From positions 128,001-192,000 of the IMG/VR virus record IMGVR_UViG_3300009709_000002: a DNA stretch of 64,000 nucleotides, one strand, 5' to 3'. The position numbers were made by a program, and so were the translations under genes. The notes under the pieces are model-generated. The model was given only the letters and a program-made list of their open reading frames with translations, ran no database searches and was not told where the DNA came from. The stretch is from a virus (lineage: Duplodnaviria > Heunggongvirae > Uroviricota > Caudoviricetes). How positions within the stretch are numbered: the stretch's first letter is position 1; each line of letters opens with the position of its first letter. This document shows, in pieces, positions 18,581 through 28,392 of the stretch.

Positions 18581-19142
18581 CTGTGTGGTGATCCAAGAAT
18601 TCTGGGGTGATGTCTTTCATGTGCTTCTTGATGTAGTCATAGGTGATCGGCTCATACTTGTGAACGTCTACACCTGCATCAAGAATTCGTCCGGTAAATG
18701 GATACTTGAGATTTCCATGACAATGACCATGTATCATAAATGAACCGTGGCCCATCTTGTTCCATGAGATCATTGGGAAGTGGCAGAGCACGAGCTTTTG
18801 ATTCTCACGAGTAGCGTCAACATCGGGGATGTTTAGCTCATAGTACTCCTTGATCCACTCAAAGCGGTCCTGGAGTAGCTTGTTCTTCTTGATGACCTGA
18901 TCGTGATTGCCCAAGATCAGGTAGATTCGACCGTTGAGTCGGTCTAGCACTTCTCTTGCTTCTGTGACACCCATGAAGAAAAAGTCACCGAGGTGGTAGA
19001 CTTCATCGGTCGGCTTGACCTTGGCGTTCCATCTTTTGATTAGTTCCTCGTTCATATGATGCTTGTCATTGAACGGTCGCTTCGAGTACTTAATTACATT
19101 CTGGTGTCCAAAATGTGAATCGGAGGTGAACAATTTCGTCAT
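18573..19142 (-). CDS. Calcineurin-like metallophosphoesterase
   Basis: DSHFGH, HLGD, GNHD, HGHCH. Confidence 0.9.
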   Translation of the reverse strand: MTKLFTSDSHFGHQNVIKYSKRPFNDKHHMNEELIKRWNAKVKPTDEVYHLGDFFFMGVTEAREVLDRLNGRIYLILGNHDQVIKKNKLLQDRFEWIKEYYELNIPDVDATRENQKLVLCHFPMISWNKMGHGSFMIHGHCHGNLKYPFTGRILDAGVDVHKYEPITYDYIKKHMKDITPEFLDHHTDD

Positions 19143-19146
19143 TCTT

Positions 19147-20475
19147 CTATTTTGTAAAGATGACGTTCCTCACTCTTAAAATTTTCGATGAAATGTGAAT
19201 GAACGTCTTAACATTTTGGTCAGTGAGAAGCCACACCCAACGGTTAGGGTGCTGTGGTTCCACCTTATTGCCATCGCCATCCGAGATCACGATGACCGCG
19301 TCTGGATAACAGCCGTACTTTGCTTTGAAATTTGTCTGCAGCTCGGTCTCTATGATGTCAAACCGAGTTCCGCCGCCTACCGTGTATGCTTTCTTTGGGT
19401 CCGTGATGTTTTGAACGTCAGTGTCAAACAGGTAGAACTCACAGTCAAATAAGTCCTTCTCCTCGCGGAATGCCTCGATGATGCTATAAAACTTGGGCAG
19501 CTGGCTGAGGCAAGAACCAGACACGTCCATGAAAACTGCTACGAAAAGCTTTTGTCGAAGAGGCTTGTCTATCTCCATTCTTCCAGGTAGTACCAAGCCA
19601 TTGGTGGGAGTAGCTATAGTCTGGAAGCGACGATGTTCTTTGCGGAAGGTCTCTACCACCTTCGTATGCTTCTTGAGACGAGTCCGCTTCAAATTCTCGA
19701 TGATAGTCTTGAAGTTAACGACAGGTGGCTTGTGTTTTTCCAGTACAAAATCGAAGCAGCCTGTACCAACTCCTGCACCGTTCAGCTCTGGCTCATCATT
19801 TCCACCAGCCCCGAGCACAGAAACGAGATCAGCTTCATCCATCTCAGCTGCTAGCTTACCAGCGGCACGTTCACGTTCCTCATTATCTTCTTCATCACCA
19901 GGTTCACCATCTCCACCGCTTCCACCTTCACCGCCTTCCTCACTACCGTGCTCATCCATCAAGCCTTGGCCATCTGACTTGCTAGAACCATCTGGCTCAG
20001 TTTCAGCGATCAACAGCGCGAGATAGTACAAGAACGATTGATTGCGCTTGACGAGGTGCGGTTGCTTGAAGCAGGTTTCAATCCAGCAGAATTTCTTCCA
20101 ATTGTCGATGTCTTCACGGTCAAAACCGAAAAGATCGACAGCCATCTCATTGATGGTGATGTCTTGCGCTACGTTCGCCAAGCGTGGAGTAGCGCCTTTG
20201 ATGTGCTTTCCGTTCCGCTTAAAGTGATCAAGAATGACGTGAAGGCACTCATGAACGATCACGAACTGCTTGGTGATTGGAGACAGCGCACCCCAAAAAG
20301 CTTCATTCAAGAGCAAGATAGGAGGTGCGTTCTTCACAAATTGAACTGCAGCTGTCGGAAGCTCGTCTGTGAACATCACGCTCGTCATGTTCCAAAACGT
20401 GTAGAAGACCTTGTGGTAGTCTTCGAGCGTTCCGGCGATCTTTACCAGATCTTCATTTGGGACGAGCTTTCTCAC
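19147..20475 (-). CDS. HExxH metallopeptidase-like domain plus C-terminal vWA (MoxR partner)
   Basis: VHECLH, acidic Gly linker, DVSGS, GGGTRF, ISDG. Confidence 0.85.
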   Translation of the reverse strand: MRKLVPNEDLVKIAGTLEDYHKVFYTFWNMTSVMFTDELPTAAVQFVKNAPPILLLNEAFWGALSPITKQFVIVHECLHVILDHFKRNGKHIKGATPRLANVAQDITINEMAVDLFGFDREDIDNWKKFCWIETCFKQPHLVKRNQSFLYYLALLIAETEPDGSSKSDGQGLMDEHGSEEGGEGGSGGDGEPGDEEDNEERERAAGKLAAEMDEADLVSVLGAGGNDEPELNGAGVGTGCFDFVLEKHKPPVVNFKTIIENLKRTRLKKHTKVVETFRKEHRRFQTIATPTNGLVLPGRMEIDKPLRQKLFVAVFMDVSGSCLSQLPKFYSIIEAFREEKDLFDCEFYLFDTDVQNITDPKKAYTVGGGTRFDIIETELQTNFKAKYGCYPDAVIVISDGDGNKVEPQHPNRWVWLLTDQNVKTFIHISSKILRVRNVIFTK

Positions 20476-21833
20476 TCCGACACCTCAACCAGTTCAGTGG
20501 TTTTCATCTCAGCTTGTCCATCAACTGGCTGTAGCGCAGCTTCAATCTTCGGCTTGATGTACTTCCACTGATTGTTTGTCCAGATAGAACCAGCTGCGGC
20601 TATCGACTTCTTCGACACTGCCATAGTGATCTGCTGGAAGTTTGTCGGTTGATTACCGATCCGACCAGCAATTCCCCACATTAGACGATCAATCGTCGGC
20701 TGCCTGCACGAGATCAAAATGTCTGCGAATCGGTTGCTCAGCTTCCTGATCAAATGAGGTTTCGTTGTGTAGATGCGGTTGAGCTCCGACTCGATAGTAA
20801 CTCCATTAGACAACATCACCCTGAAGTCCATGTCATTGATCATAGTACCAACACCAGCATCAGCGCTTTCGTTCGGCACCAGATCAATCACATCATCGAG
20901 CGTCTTGATCGTAAAGACCTTCGCATTTTTCTTCTTGGAAGCTGCAACCGCGTCGATGAATGGTTGCACGATTTCCTGCGGCAGTTCACCTTTGAACTTG
21001 GTGAAGAACTCCGTAGCTGCCGGATCTTTCTTCTTTACCAGATCGAGTAGTTTCGTGACGTTGTTGCCTTGCGACAAGATTGCTTTCGCAGCGTCAAGCT
21101 CGGTTGTTTGGGCAAGTAGGTCTTTGAACGGAATCGCTTTGATCGAGTCGCGAAGCTCTTTGATATTAATTTTGCCTGGTTCAGGCGCAACGATGTCCTC
21201 GAGGCGCGATCCGTCAAGGTAGCCTTCGACGAGATATTCCAGCCGACGAGGAGATACTTTAGCCTGTGCATCAGCCGGAAGAGCATTCCACCAATCAATG
21301 AAGTAACTCGCGATGCTCGGATACTTGCCGCGGAAGTAATCTTCATCGATCTTGTACGGGAACTTGATGTAGCAGTGGAAGCGGTCAATGAGGGCTGGGT
21401 CGAGCTCTTCAACGTTGTAAGTCCCTGTGTCGTCATACGGATTGATAGCACCCCAAACACACTTGAGGTTGTTAAGCTTGTGACCGTTGATGCTCTTAAA
21501 CTGGATGAGCTCCAGCACTGCATCTAACGTCTTCGAGCTAGCTCGATTCAGCTCGTCGAAGAAAATAGCGTCATACACATCATCTTCAATGTACCAAGGG
21601 CGGATCAGCTCAGTCACTGAGCGGCGGCCTTCACGTTCGATTACTTTCGGAACACCAACCAAGTCTACCCAAGGGTCCATGGTCGGAGCACTAAAGTACT
21701 TCCACCTGAGACCGCACATTGTGAACACGCCGTCGATCGTTGCGGTTTTACCAACTCCACGATGGCCCTCGAACAGAACATTTCTGCCAGTCTTGACATA
21801 ATGCTCCAACATCGACATGTTCATCAGTGACAT
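20472..21833 (-). CDS. MoxR-type AAA+ ATPase
   Basis: GHRGVGKT, FFDELNRA, AINP, LDPALIDRF. Confidence 0.88.
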   Translation of the reverse strand: MSLMNMSMLEHYVKTGRNVLFEGHRGVGKTATIDGVFTMCGLRWKYFSAPTMDPWVDLVGVPKVIEREGRRSVTELIRPWYIEDDVYDAIFFDELNRASSKTLDAVLELIQFKSINGHKLNNLKCVWGAINPYDDTGTYNVEELDPALIDRFHCYIKFPYKIDEDYFRGKYPSIASYFIDWWNALPADAQAKVSPRRLEYLVEGYLDGSRLEDIVAPEPGKINIKELRDSIKAIPFKDLLAQTTELDAAKAILSQGNNVTKLLDLVKKKDPAATEFFTKFKGELPQEIVQPFIDAVAASKKKNAKVFTIKTLDDVIDLVPNESADAGVGTMINDMDFRVMLSNGVTIESELNRIYTTKPHLIRKLSNRFADILISCRQPTIDRLMWGIAGRIGNQPTNFQQITMAVSKKSIAAAGSIWTNNQWKYIKPKIEAALQPVDGQAEMKTTELVEVSE

Positions 21834-22283
21834 TTAGCTTCTCCGTCTGTTAGCGCCGGTCTTAACGCTTGTTTTCATATCCTCTTCCGACATCAAAATC
21901 ATCGGACCCTTATTGTACGCTGGTGCAAGTCGGTTCAACTTCTCTTTAGCTTCTTCAGCCGCCGCTGCATCACGTTGTCTTAACGCTTCAATCTGATCTC
22001 GGTCCAGGTCCAAGTGCTCTGGTACCATTTTTTTCTGCTTCAGCGCTACGGCTCCAGTTACGCCAGTGTCTACGCTATGAGCATTTTCATGTCCACCGCG
22101 GCACATCTCAATTCTTCCACGGATTTGTTTTGCCTGATTTGCCCAGAAATCATTCGCCTGGGTGATCGGACCTTTCTTGGTTAGCTTTCGGGTGTTATTA
22201 GAACCTTCATTCTTATGCCGTGCTAGCCACTCTTCATACTCCTTCTGCTCCTTGGCAGTCAGAGTCTTTCGGACGTGTAGCAT
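21834..22283 (-). CDS. Hypothetical basic protein
   Basis: 149 aa; APAYNKGP; follows a promoter. Confidence 0.6.
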   Translation of the reverse strand: MLHVRKTLTAKEQKEYEEWLARHKNEGSNNTRKLTKKGPITQANDFWANQAKQIRGRIEMCRGGHENAHSVDTGVTGAVALKQKKMVPEHLDLDRDQIEALRQRDAAAAEEAKEKLNRLAPAYNKGPMILMSEEDMKTSVKTGANRRRS

Positions 22284-22325
22284 TTGTTACTCCAAGGTTA
22301 CAACAAAAATCATACTTACAAGACA

Positions 22326-22355
22326 ATTATAAACCATCGATGATGCAAAGTAAAC
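22326..22355 (-). promoter_or_regulatory. Sigma70-type promoter
   Basis: GTTTAC-N18-TATAAT. Confidence 0.75.
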
Positions 22356-22382
22356 AAAACTTGCACCTCTCCGGAAAGAGAT

Positions 22383-22404
22383 AAAGCCGGCGTTAGCCGG
22401 CTTT
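22383..22404 (-). terminator. Terminator hairpin after the nrd genes
   Basis: AAAGCCGGC-TAAC-GCCGGCTTT. Confidence 0.7.
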
Positions 22405-22407
22405 ATC

Positions 22408-22740
22408 TCACTTGTCGTGCTTTGCTGATGGAATGCTGAAAGGATGGTCAATAAACAACTGCTTTTCTGCATTCTCTAGAACGAACTGTTCTAGAGCTTT
22501 TGCAGCAGGAAGCATGATCATATTCAAAATGCCCCGCATCTCATCTGTCATGTCTTCGTAGTACAGCATCACTGTCCAAATTACACTGCCGTTTAGTGGT
22601 GACGTGTCTTTGAAAACCTGCGTCTTTGGCGATGATTCAGTCGTATTGACCTTCACAGTATCAAGCCCGAGGAGCCGGGTTTCATGCTTGTCGCCAACTT
22701 GTTTTTGCTCAATCTTGTAGATGTATGCGGTCTTGTTCAT
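22408..22740 (-). CDS. Hypothetical protein
   Basis: TAATG overlap with nrdB. Confidence 0.6.
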   Translation of the reverse strand: MNKTAYIYKIEQKQVGDKHETRLLGLDTVKVNTTESSPKTQVFKDTSPLNGSVIWTVMLYYEDMTDEMRGILNMIMLPAAKALEQFVLENAEKQLFIDHPFSIPSAKHDK

Positions 22741-23891
22741 TAGAAATCCAAAAGGTTGTCATCATTGACGTTGGTATCAAGAGCATTGATCACGTAGTCC
22801 GTGATTTCCTTCTCTTGCGGTGCAGTTTGATTGCTTTCTGCATCCAACCAGCTTGACAGCCACGTGAATGGATTGTCATTGTGCTGGTAACGCTGCTTGA
22901 GTCCGAGAGATTTCAAACGTTTGTTTGCGATGTGCTCGAGGTATTGGGACAGCAGTGTTTCATTGAGGCCGATAATCGATCCGTCTTTGAACAGATACGC
23001 AGCCCATTCTTTTTCCTGGCTTACAACTTCATCGAAGATCGCGTACACATCAGCTTCACATTCCTTCATGATCTGCAAGAAGTCAGCGTCATTTTCTTTA
23101 CGCTGAAGATTGCGAATGATGTTAAGCGGAATGCCAACGTGCTGCGATTCATCCTTAGCGATCAGACGGATGATGTCGGCATTGCCAACCATCTTGCCTT
23201 GCTGACCAAAAGCGAAGCTACATGCGAACGAGACGTAGAAACGAATCGACTCAAGAGCGTAAATTGAGATGAGCGCCAGGTAAAGCTTCTTCTTCAGCTC
23301 ATAAAGCGTGAGTTCATACGTCTTCTCATCTGGTGAACAACCATCTTGTGCAGTGGTGACTTCATGGTAGCCGGGGCCAAGAGCCTTGTACAAGTTGGCG
23401 TAGTTGATGAAGTCGTCATAGTATCGGACGATTGCAGCAGCGCGACCGACAATGTTCGAGTCTTTGAGAATAGAGTCAAAGACTTCAGATGGATCGGTGT
23501 AGAGGTTTTGGAGAATCCATTGGTATGATTGTGCGTGGATGTTCTCAAAAGCGGCCCACCAAATGACGCATCCTTCAAGCTCAGGCAGAGAAATCCATGG
23601 AATGAGCGCCACGAGAGGTGCACGTTCTTGGACAGAATCCAGCAAAACTTGGTATGCGATGTTCTTGGTGAAGATGTGACGTTCATGATCTGCGAGCAGC
23701 TTGAAGTCAGAATAATCTTTCGTGAGGTTGATTTCTTCTGGATTCCAGAAGAAACTCTTTTGAGTTCGTTTGATCTTGTCAAAGATCGGATACTTCATGC
23801 GGTCGAAACGAGCAATACCGGCTTCTTCGCCGAAAAACATTGGTTGCTCATTAGGATCAACAAAATTTAGGTTGAGAACTGTTGCGGTCAT
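22740..23891 (-). CDS. nrdB: Class Ia ribonucleotide reductase beta subunit
   Basis: FFWNPEEI, LLDSVQ, ENIHAQSY, ESIRFYVSFACSFAF, DESQH, APQE. Confidence 0.96.
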   Translation of the reverse strand: MTATVLNLNFVDPNEQPMFFGEEAGIARFDRMKYPIFDKIKRTQKSFFWNPEEINLTKDYSDFKLLADHERHIFTKNIAYQVLLDSVQERAPLVALIPWISLPELEGCVIWWAAFENIHAQSYQWILQNLYTDPSEVFDSILKDSNIVGRAAAIVRYYDDFINYANLYKALGPGYHEVTTAQDGCSPDEKTYELTLYELKKKLYLALISIYALESIRFYVSFACSFAFGQQGKMVGNADIIRLIAKDESQHVGIPLNIIRNLQRKENDADFLQIMKECEADVYAIFDEVVSQEKEWAAYLFKDGSIIGLNETLLSQYLEHIANKRLKSLGLKQRYQHNDNPFTWLSSWLDAESNQTAPQEKEITDYVINALDTNVNDDNLLDF

Positions 23892-23951
23892 TGATTCACT
23901 AATGTTAGACTACTGAGATGCGATTATAATTGGCATCCCAGCAGCTTGATA

Positions 23952-24143
23952 TTATTTCGTGTAGATTGTGCGACGACCAGTGATCTCGCCAGTTTTGCTG
24001 TTTTTCACAACAACAGTCTTAGCTTCGATCTCTTTCTTGTCGCCAATGAACAGATTTTCCTTGGCATTCACGTCCAAGAGCTTAAGCTCGCCTTTGGCTT
24101 TCTTGTCGAAATTGTTTGGTTTGATAAGCTCTTTGACTTTCAT
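23952..24143 (-). CDS. Small basic hypothetical protein between nrdA and nrdB
   Basis: TAAGGA SD; 63 aa. Confidence 0.55.
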   Translation of the reverse strand: MKVKELIKPNNFDKKAKGELKLLDVNAKENLFIGDKKEIEAKTVVVKNSKTGEITGRRTIYTK

Positions 24144-24152
24144 GCTAGTTCC

Positions 24153-26543
24153 TTATATTTTGCAGGCGCCACCAGCGCAACCATCTTCGCCGTCGTCTTC
24201 GTCTGCCATTAGTGCTTCTTCAGCTTCCTCACCATGAGTTGGCTGCTTTTCATCTTCGGTGTTATCTTTCTCACCCTTCGTATTTACATAATAGCGAGTC
24301 TTAACTCCCAATTTTGCGCATAAGAAGGTGTGATTCAGCAGCACTTCCAACGGAATCTTGCGGTCTAGCTCAGGAACATCGCTGCGGTAATGATCTGGGT
24401 TGTACGAGAAGTTTGCAGAGATCGACTGGCAGGTGAACTTCTGGAAAACGGCGACGTTCTTGATGTAACCATCATAGTCCTTCGCGGTCATGTTCCAGAG
24501 GTAGTCATACTTGTTCTTCAGCTTGATAGCGTCCGGCGCAACCTGAACCATCGTCACCTTCTTGTTACCCTTGCGAGTTACAAGCTGACGTAGCGGTTCA
24601 ATACCGTTCGTGGCATTCGAAACAACCGACGAACTTTCCGACGGCATCAGAGCCATCAAGGTTGAGTTGTAGACGCCATATTGACGAACTTCACCGCGAA
24701 TCCATTCCCAATCACACTCATAACCTTGCTTGGTGACCGAGTCAACTCCCTTGCAATATGAATCGATAAGCAGCCCACCGTTTGCGTAGATCGTGTCTTC
24801 CAGACCAGAAATTGCACCACGTTCTTTCGCCAGCTCAACAGAAGCCTTCAAGGCGTAGAAGTGCATTTGTTCGGCCAGACGGTGAGTCATGTCGAACGTT
24901 TCTTGCTGGTTGTACTTCAAACCGTTCTTCGCGATCAGGTATGCATAGTTGATCACGCCGATACCGAGAGGACGATACTTCATAGTGGCAGTCTTGGCTT
25001 GCGGAACCATATAGTCTTGGTAGTCCAAGATTTCATTCAGCAAGTTGACCAGAATCCACATGCGACGTTCCATGTCTTTGTGGTCATCCAGGTTCACGTT
25101 ACCAACGTTGATTGCAGCGAGCGTGCAAAGCTGGACGAGACCTTCAAACTTCACGGTGCCAGTACCATCACCGTTGTCGGTCATCACGTTGCGAACTGGC
25201 TCTGTCGGCAAGCAGATTTCAACGCAAAGGTTCGACATCGTCACCGGCTTCAGGAACGGTGAGTGCGTGTTGACGTGATCAGCGTTAAAACCGTAGATGC
25301 GGCCAGTTTCTTGTGACTGCTTCAAGAATGAATTCAACACATCACGAGCATTGACCTGCACTCGGAACTTCAGCGATTCATCTTTCTCATACTTTTCATA
25401 GAGCGCTTCGAACTTTGAACGATCACGACCAAAGTAAGCTTCATAGAGATCAGGTACTTCTGCAGGCGAGAACAGAGTCATCATCTCTTTGTTACGAGCC
25501 TTACGAAGCAAGAATGAATCCCACTGCGCCGCGTAATCCAGACGACGAACCGTCTTTTCATGCGTCTTGCGGTTGTCCTTCAGCGTCATGATTTCTTCAA
25601 TTTCCGCGTGCCAAACCGGAGCATAAAGAGTGACCGACGCGTCACGAATACCACCTTGCGAACGAGATTTCACCGTGCTTTCAAACTGACGATAGAACGG
25701 AGTCACACCAGTGTGAACGATCTCACCCTTACCAACCTTCGAGCCAAGCGGGCGAATCTTACCACCGTTGATGCCAAGACCTGCACGCTTCGCAGCATAC
25801 TTACCCATCACCTTCGAAGCATCGTCGATCGAATCAAGATCATCACCAACGTCAATGAGAACACATGATGAGAACTGTTTGATTGAAGTACGAAGACCAG
25901 CCAGGATCGGTGTTGGAAGCGAGATCTTGAACGATGACAGCATGTCATACGTTTCACGAATCAACTGCAGACGTTGTTTCTTTGGACGATTGCGGAAAGC
26001 TACCACCGGGATCAGCATGAACATGATCTGTGGAGTTTCAAAGTACGTCTTTGTCGAACGGTCTTGCACCAAGTACTTGTCGCGAATCTGCTTAACAGCT
26101 GCGCCAGACAAAGTGAAGTCGCGATCATGCTTGATGAAAGCGCCAAGCTTCAGCCATTCGTCATCAGAGTACCACTCAAGCAGCTTAGCGTCATAGACAC
26201 CACGCTCAACGTTGTTCTTTACTACCTCGATCAGACGTGCAGGCTCGAACGTACCAAAAACGCGCTTGCGAAGATCTGTAATTAGCAGCTTCGCGAGAAC
26301 TTTTGAGTAGTTTGGATTGTGTTCTGAGATAAGATCTTCGGCCGAGGATGCCGTCATGTCTTCTAGCGTTTGCGTAGGAATTCCATCAAACACTTGCGGA
26401 TCAGTCTTCATAGCAATGTCGCTAACCGACACTCCGATGATACCTTCGCAAGCATTTTGAAGTGATGCGTGAATCTTCTCTACGTCATACTCTTCGAGAG
26501 TACCATTACGCTTAGTGACTCTCTTTACTTCTTTGATGCTCAT
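24153..26543 (-). CDS. nrdA: Class Ia ribonucleotide reductase alpha subunit with ATP cone
   Basis: VTKRNG ATP cone, PTP, SSCVL, SNLCVEI, CTLAA, MPSESSS, C-terminal CAGGAC. Confidence 0.97.
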   Translation of the reverse strand: MSIKEVKRVTKRNGTLEEYDVEKIHASLQNACEGIIGVSVSDIAMKTDPQVFDGIPTQTLEDMTASSAEDLISEHNPNYSKVLAKLLITDLRKRVFGTFEPARLIEVVKNNVERGVYDAKLLEWYSDDEWLKLGAFIKHDRDFTLSGAAVKQIRDKYLVQDRSTKTYFETPQIMFMLIPVVAFRNRPKKQRLQLIRETYDMLSSFKISLPTPILAGLRTSIKQFSSCVLIDVGDDLDSIDDASKVMGKYAAKRAGLGINGGKIRPLGSKVGKGEIVHTGVTPFYRQFESTVKSRSQGGIRDASVTLYAPVWHAEIEEIMTLKDNRKTHEKTVRRLDYAAQWDSFLLRKARNKEMMTLFSPAEVPDLYEAYFGRDRSKFEALYEKYEKDESLKFRVQVNARDVLNSFLKQSQETGRIYGFNADHVNTHSPFLKPVTMSNLCVEICLPTEPVRNVMTDNGDGTGTVKFEGLVQLCTLAAINVGNVNLDDHKDMERRMWILVNLLNEILDYQDYMVPQAKTATMKYRPLGIGVINYAYLIAKNGLKYNQQETFDMTHRLAEQMHFYALKASVELAKERGAISGLEDTIYANGGLLIDSYCKGVDSVTKQGYECDWEWIRGEVRQYGVYNSTLMALMPSESSSVVSNATNGIEPLRQLVTRKGNKKVTMVQVAPDAIKLKNKYDYLWNMTAKDYDGYIKNVAVFQKFTCQSISANFSYNPDHYRSDVPELDRKIPLEVLLNHTFLCAKLGVKTRYYVNTKGEKDNTEDEKQPTHGEEAEEALMADEDDGEDGCAGGACKI

Positions 26544-26587
26544 TTATATTTTTCTCTCATTGACTATGTGTGCGGAAGTTGAAAATG

Positions 26588-26619
26588 AAAGCCGCTCACT
26601 ATTATAGCTGAGCGGCTTT
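26588..26619 (-). terminator. Strong hairpin/terminator whose loop carries a TATAAT
   Basis: AAAGCCGCTCA-N10-TGAGCGGCTTT followed by CATTTT. Confidence 0.65.
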
Positions 26620-26757
26620 GATTGATTTTTGTGAGCTTAAAGCTCTGGAAAATGCAAAGTCACCTGAAGATACTTACTTGACTTGTTACTGCTTTGCGAG
26701 CTCATCTTACGATGGTGCGTATACAGTGTGTAATTGGATTTTAATCCTCAGGTGACC
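26620..26757 (-). ncRNA. Candidate structured ncRNA or nrdA leader
   Basis: 13-bp long-range stem (26659-26671 with 26744-26756), CAUC-GUAA-GAUG GNRA hairpin, late promoter upstream, terminator downstream. Confidence 0.35.
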
Positions 26758-26806
26758 ATGTGTATATTTATTGAGCACTTCCAGCTAGGCCCAATTTGCT
26801 ACACTT

Positions 26807-28024
26807 TTAGAAGTTGAAAAGCTTCGACTCCTTGCTGTCGGTGCGTTCCTTGATATTGCTTTGCATCAGGAATTTTGCATCTGTGATGGTGCGCTCACCG
26901 TTCAGGTAGCCCATGACTTCACGAACCATGTCACCGCCTGTGCAAACCGGGACGTTCTGGCACACGTGGTTCAAGCTTTGCGTAACTAGTTCGAAATCAT
27001 GCGGCAGAGCCATCAGGTGCATACACTCACGTGGAGTCAGGATGCGATTATCACGAGGATGAATAGAATCCAACTTACGTCCAATCATCGCTGAGAAATC
27101 ACCATCAGGACGATAAAGTGACATGCTACCGTCCCAGATACCGCCGCCAGTCTCAATTTTTGCCTTGATGCGATCAATTTCACGAATCTGACGATCCATG
27201 CCCTGAGTCACGAAATAGGCACGAGCTTCATTCCACTGGTCTGTTACGAACATGTAACGAATGAGCGTCATAGTGTGCAGGCCACGTTCATACAGCACTT
27301 GGCGCATGTGAGCCAGACCTTCACCCTTAAACTTGTGTTGCAGGAATTGCATGTACGGGTTGTCGTACAGAGTTTCCTTCGCAAGCTTCAAGTCTGCGTC
27401 AGTGTGGCCAGTTACGCCGTGTGGAATTTCATCCAGATATTCGATCAGCGTCTTGCGAGGGCGCTTGTAATAGTGCATTTCTGGAGCAGCGGAATCGCGC
27501 CAGAAGAAGTAGAAAGTACGCTTACGATTTTGTGGAATGCCGTGGTAAATCGAGTCGGTGTGATAAAGCGACAGCGAGTAGCCGTTTCGATCAGCGACAT
27601 CCTGGAAGAATTCTTTGATCTCTTGTCCACGGTTTGTGTACAGCGTTGGTGCATTTTCTCCCCAGAAAACCTTTGGCTTGAGCGTGCCTAGAACATACTC
27701 GGCTGATTTTAGCATCCACTGATTTTGTGTAGCACGCTGTTCGGCGCTACCGGTGGAGAGCATAGACAGACCAGCGCAAGGACAGACAGCCGAGATGAAA
27801 TCCATGTCTTTGTACTTGGCTTCATCATAACCTTGTTCGGCATGATCAGCATCGATCTGGAAGTAGGGGGTGTTTGGAAAGCGGTGAGTTACGTTCTTCT
27901 CATTTTCCGCAAATGGAGTGTACGTGAAGAGTGCTTCTGGAGGAACACCAGTTACTTGGTGGCCAGCTTCAGTCAAACCACCAATAAGAGGGACAATTGT
28001 GCCCCAGCGAAGATTCTTTGTCAT
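26807..28024 (-). CDS. Divergent DNA cytosine-C5 methyltransferase-fold enzyme
   Basis: Motif IV CPCAGLS, VI GENAP, VIII PQNRKR, IX RILTPREC; motif I reads PLIGG and motif X reads CQNVPV. Confidence 0.85.
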   Translation of the reverse strand: MTKNLRWGTIVPLIGGLTEAGHQVTGVPPEALFTYTPFAENEKNVTHRFPNTPYFQIDADHAEQGYDEAKYKDMDFISAVCPCAGLSMLSTGSAEQRATQNQWMLKSAEYVLGTLKPKVFWGENAPTLYTNRGQEIKEFFQDVADRNGYSLSLYHTDSIYHGIPQNRKRTFYFFWRDSAAPEMHYYKRPRKTLIEYLDEIPHGVTGHTDADLKLAKETLYDNPYMQFLQHKFKGEGLAHMRQVLYERGLHTMTLIRYMFVTDQWNEARAYFVTQGMDRQIREIDRIKAKIETGGGIWDGSMSLYRPDGDFSAMIGRKLDSIHPRDNRILTPRECMHLMALPHDFELVTQSLNHVCQNVPVCTGGDMVREVMGYLNGERTITDAKFLMQSNIKERTDSKESKLFNF

Positions 28025-28047
28025 ATGCGTATAGTCTAGAAAGTAAT

Positions 28048-28077
28048 AAAGCCTAGGATGAAATATCCTAGGCTTTT
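28048..28077. terminator. Inverted repeat / terminator
   Basis: AAAGCCTAGGAT-GAAAT-ATCCTAGGCTTT. Confidence 0.55.
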
Positions 28078-28135
28078 AAGCGACAGATAATTCCGTTGAG
28101 GATATTTATCTGTCTTCTAGACTAACGCGCTGGTG

Positions 28136-28375
28136 TCAGTCGAAGCGTTGCCGCAACCAGGCTCTGAGTTCGTCTTCATTCGAGACGTCGACGAACGGAC
28201 GATCATTGCGGTGGCGAACTCGGCATTCCCAATCGCTAGAACCGTCTGAGTAATTCGTGTCGATCATGCTGCACGTTTCATCGAGAAGATGCACAGTGTA
28301 GTCAGGGTTGTTGCCATCCTTGTGCCACTTGATACCTTCTTCATCCAACACACGAGTAACGTCATCGATCTTCAT
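28136..28375 (-). CDS. Hypothetical protein
   Basis: GGAGAGG SD; 79 aa. Confidence 0.6.
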   Translation of the reverse strand: MKIDDVTRVLDEEGIKWHKDGNNPDYTVHLLDETCSMIDTNYSDGSSDWECRVRHRNDRPFVDVSNEDELRAWLRQRFD

Positions 28376-28392
28376 GATTACCTCTCCTATCG

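Noticed and set aside
22740-22760. NrdB C-terminus NLLDF as another clamp-type tail
   Set aside because: NrdB C-termini normally bind NrdA through an acidic/hydrophobic tail, which explains it, so it was not counted.
26744-26753. Hammerhead ribozyme suggested by CUGAGGA
   Set aside because: No downstream stem II followed by GAAA; the bases are used in a long stem instead.
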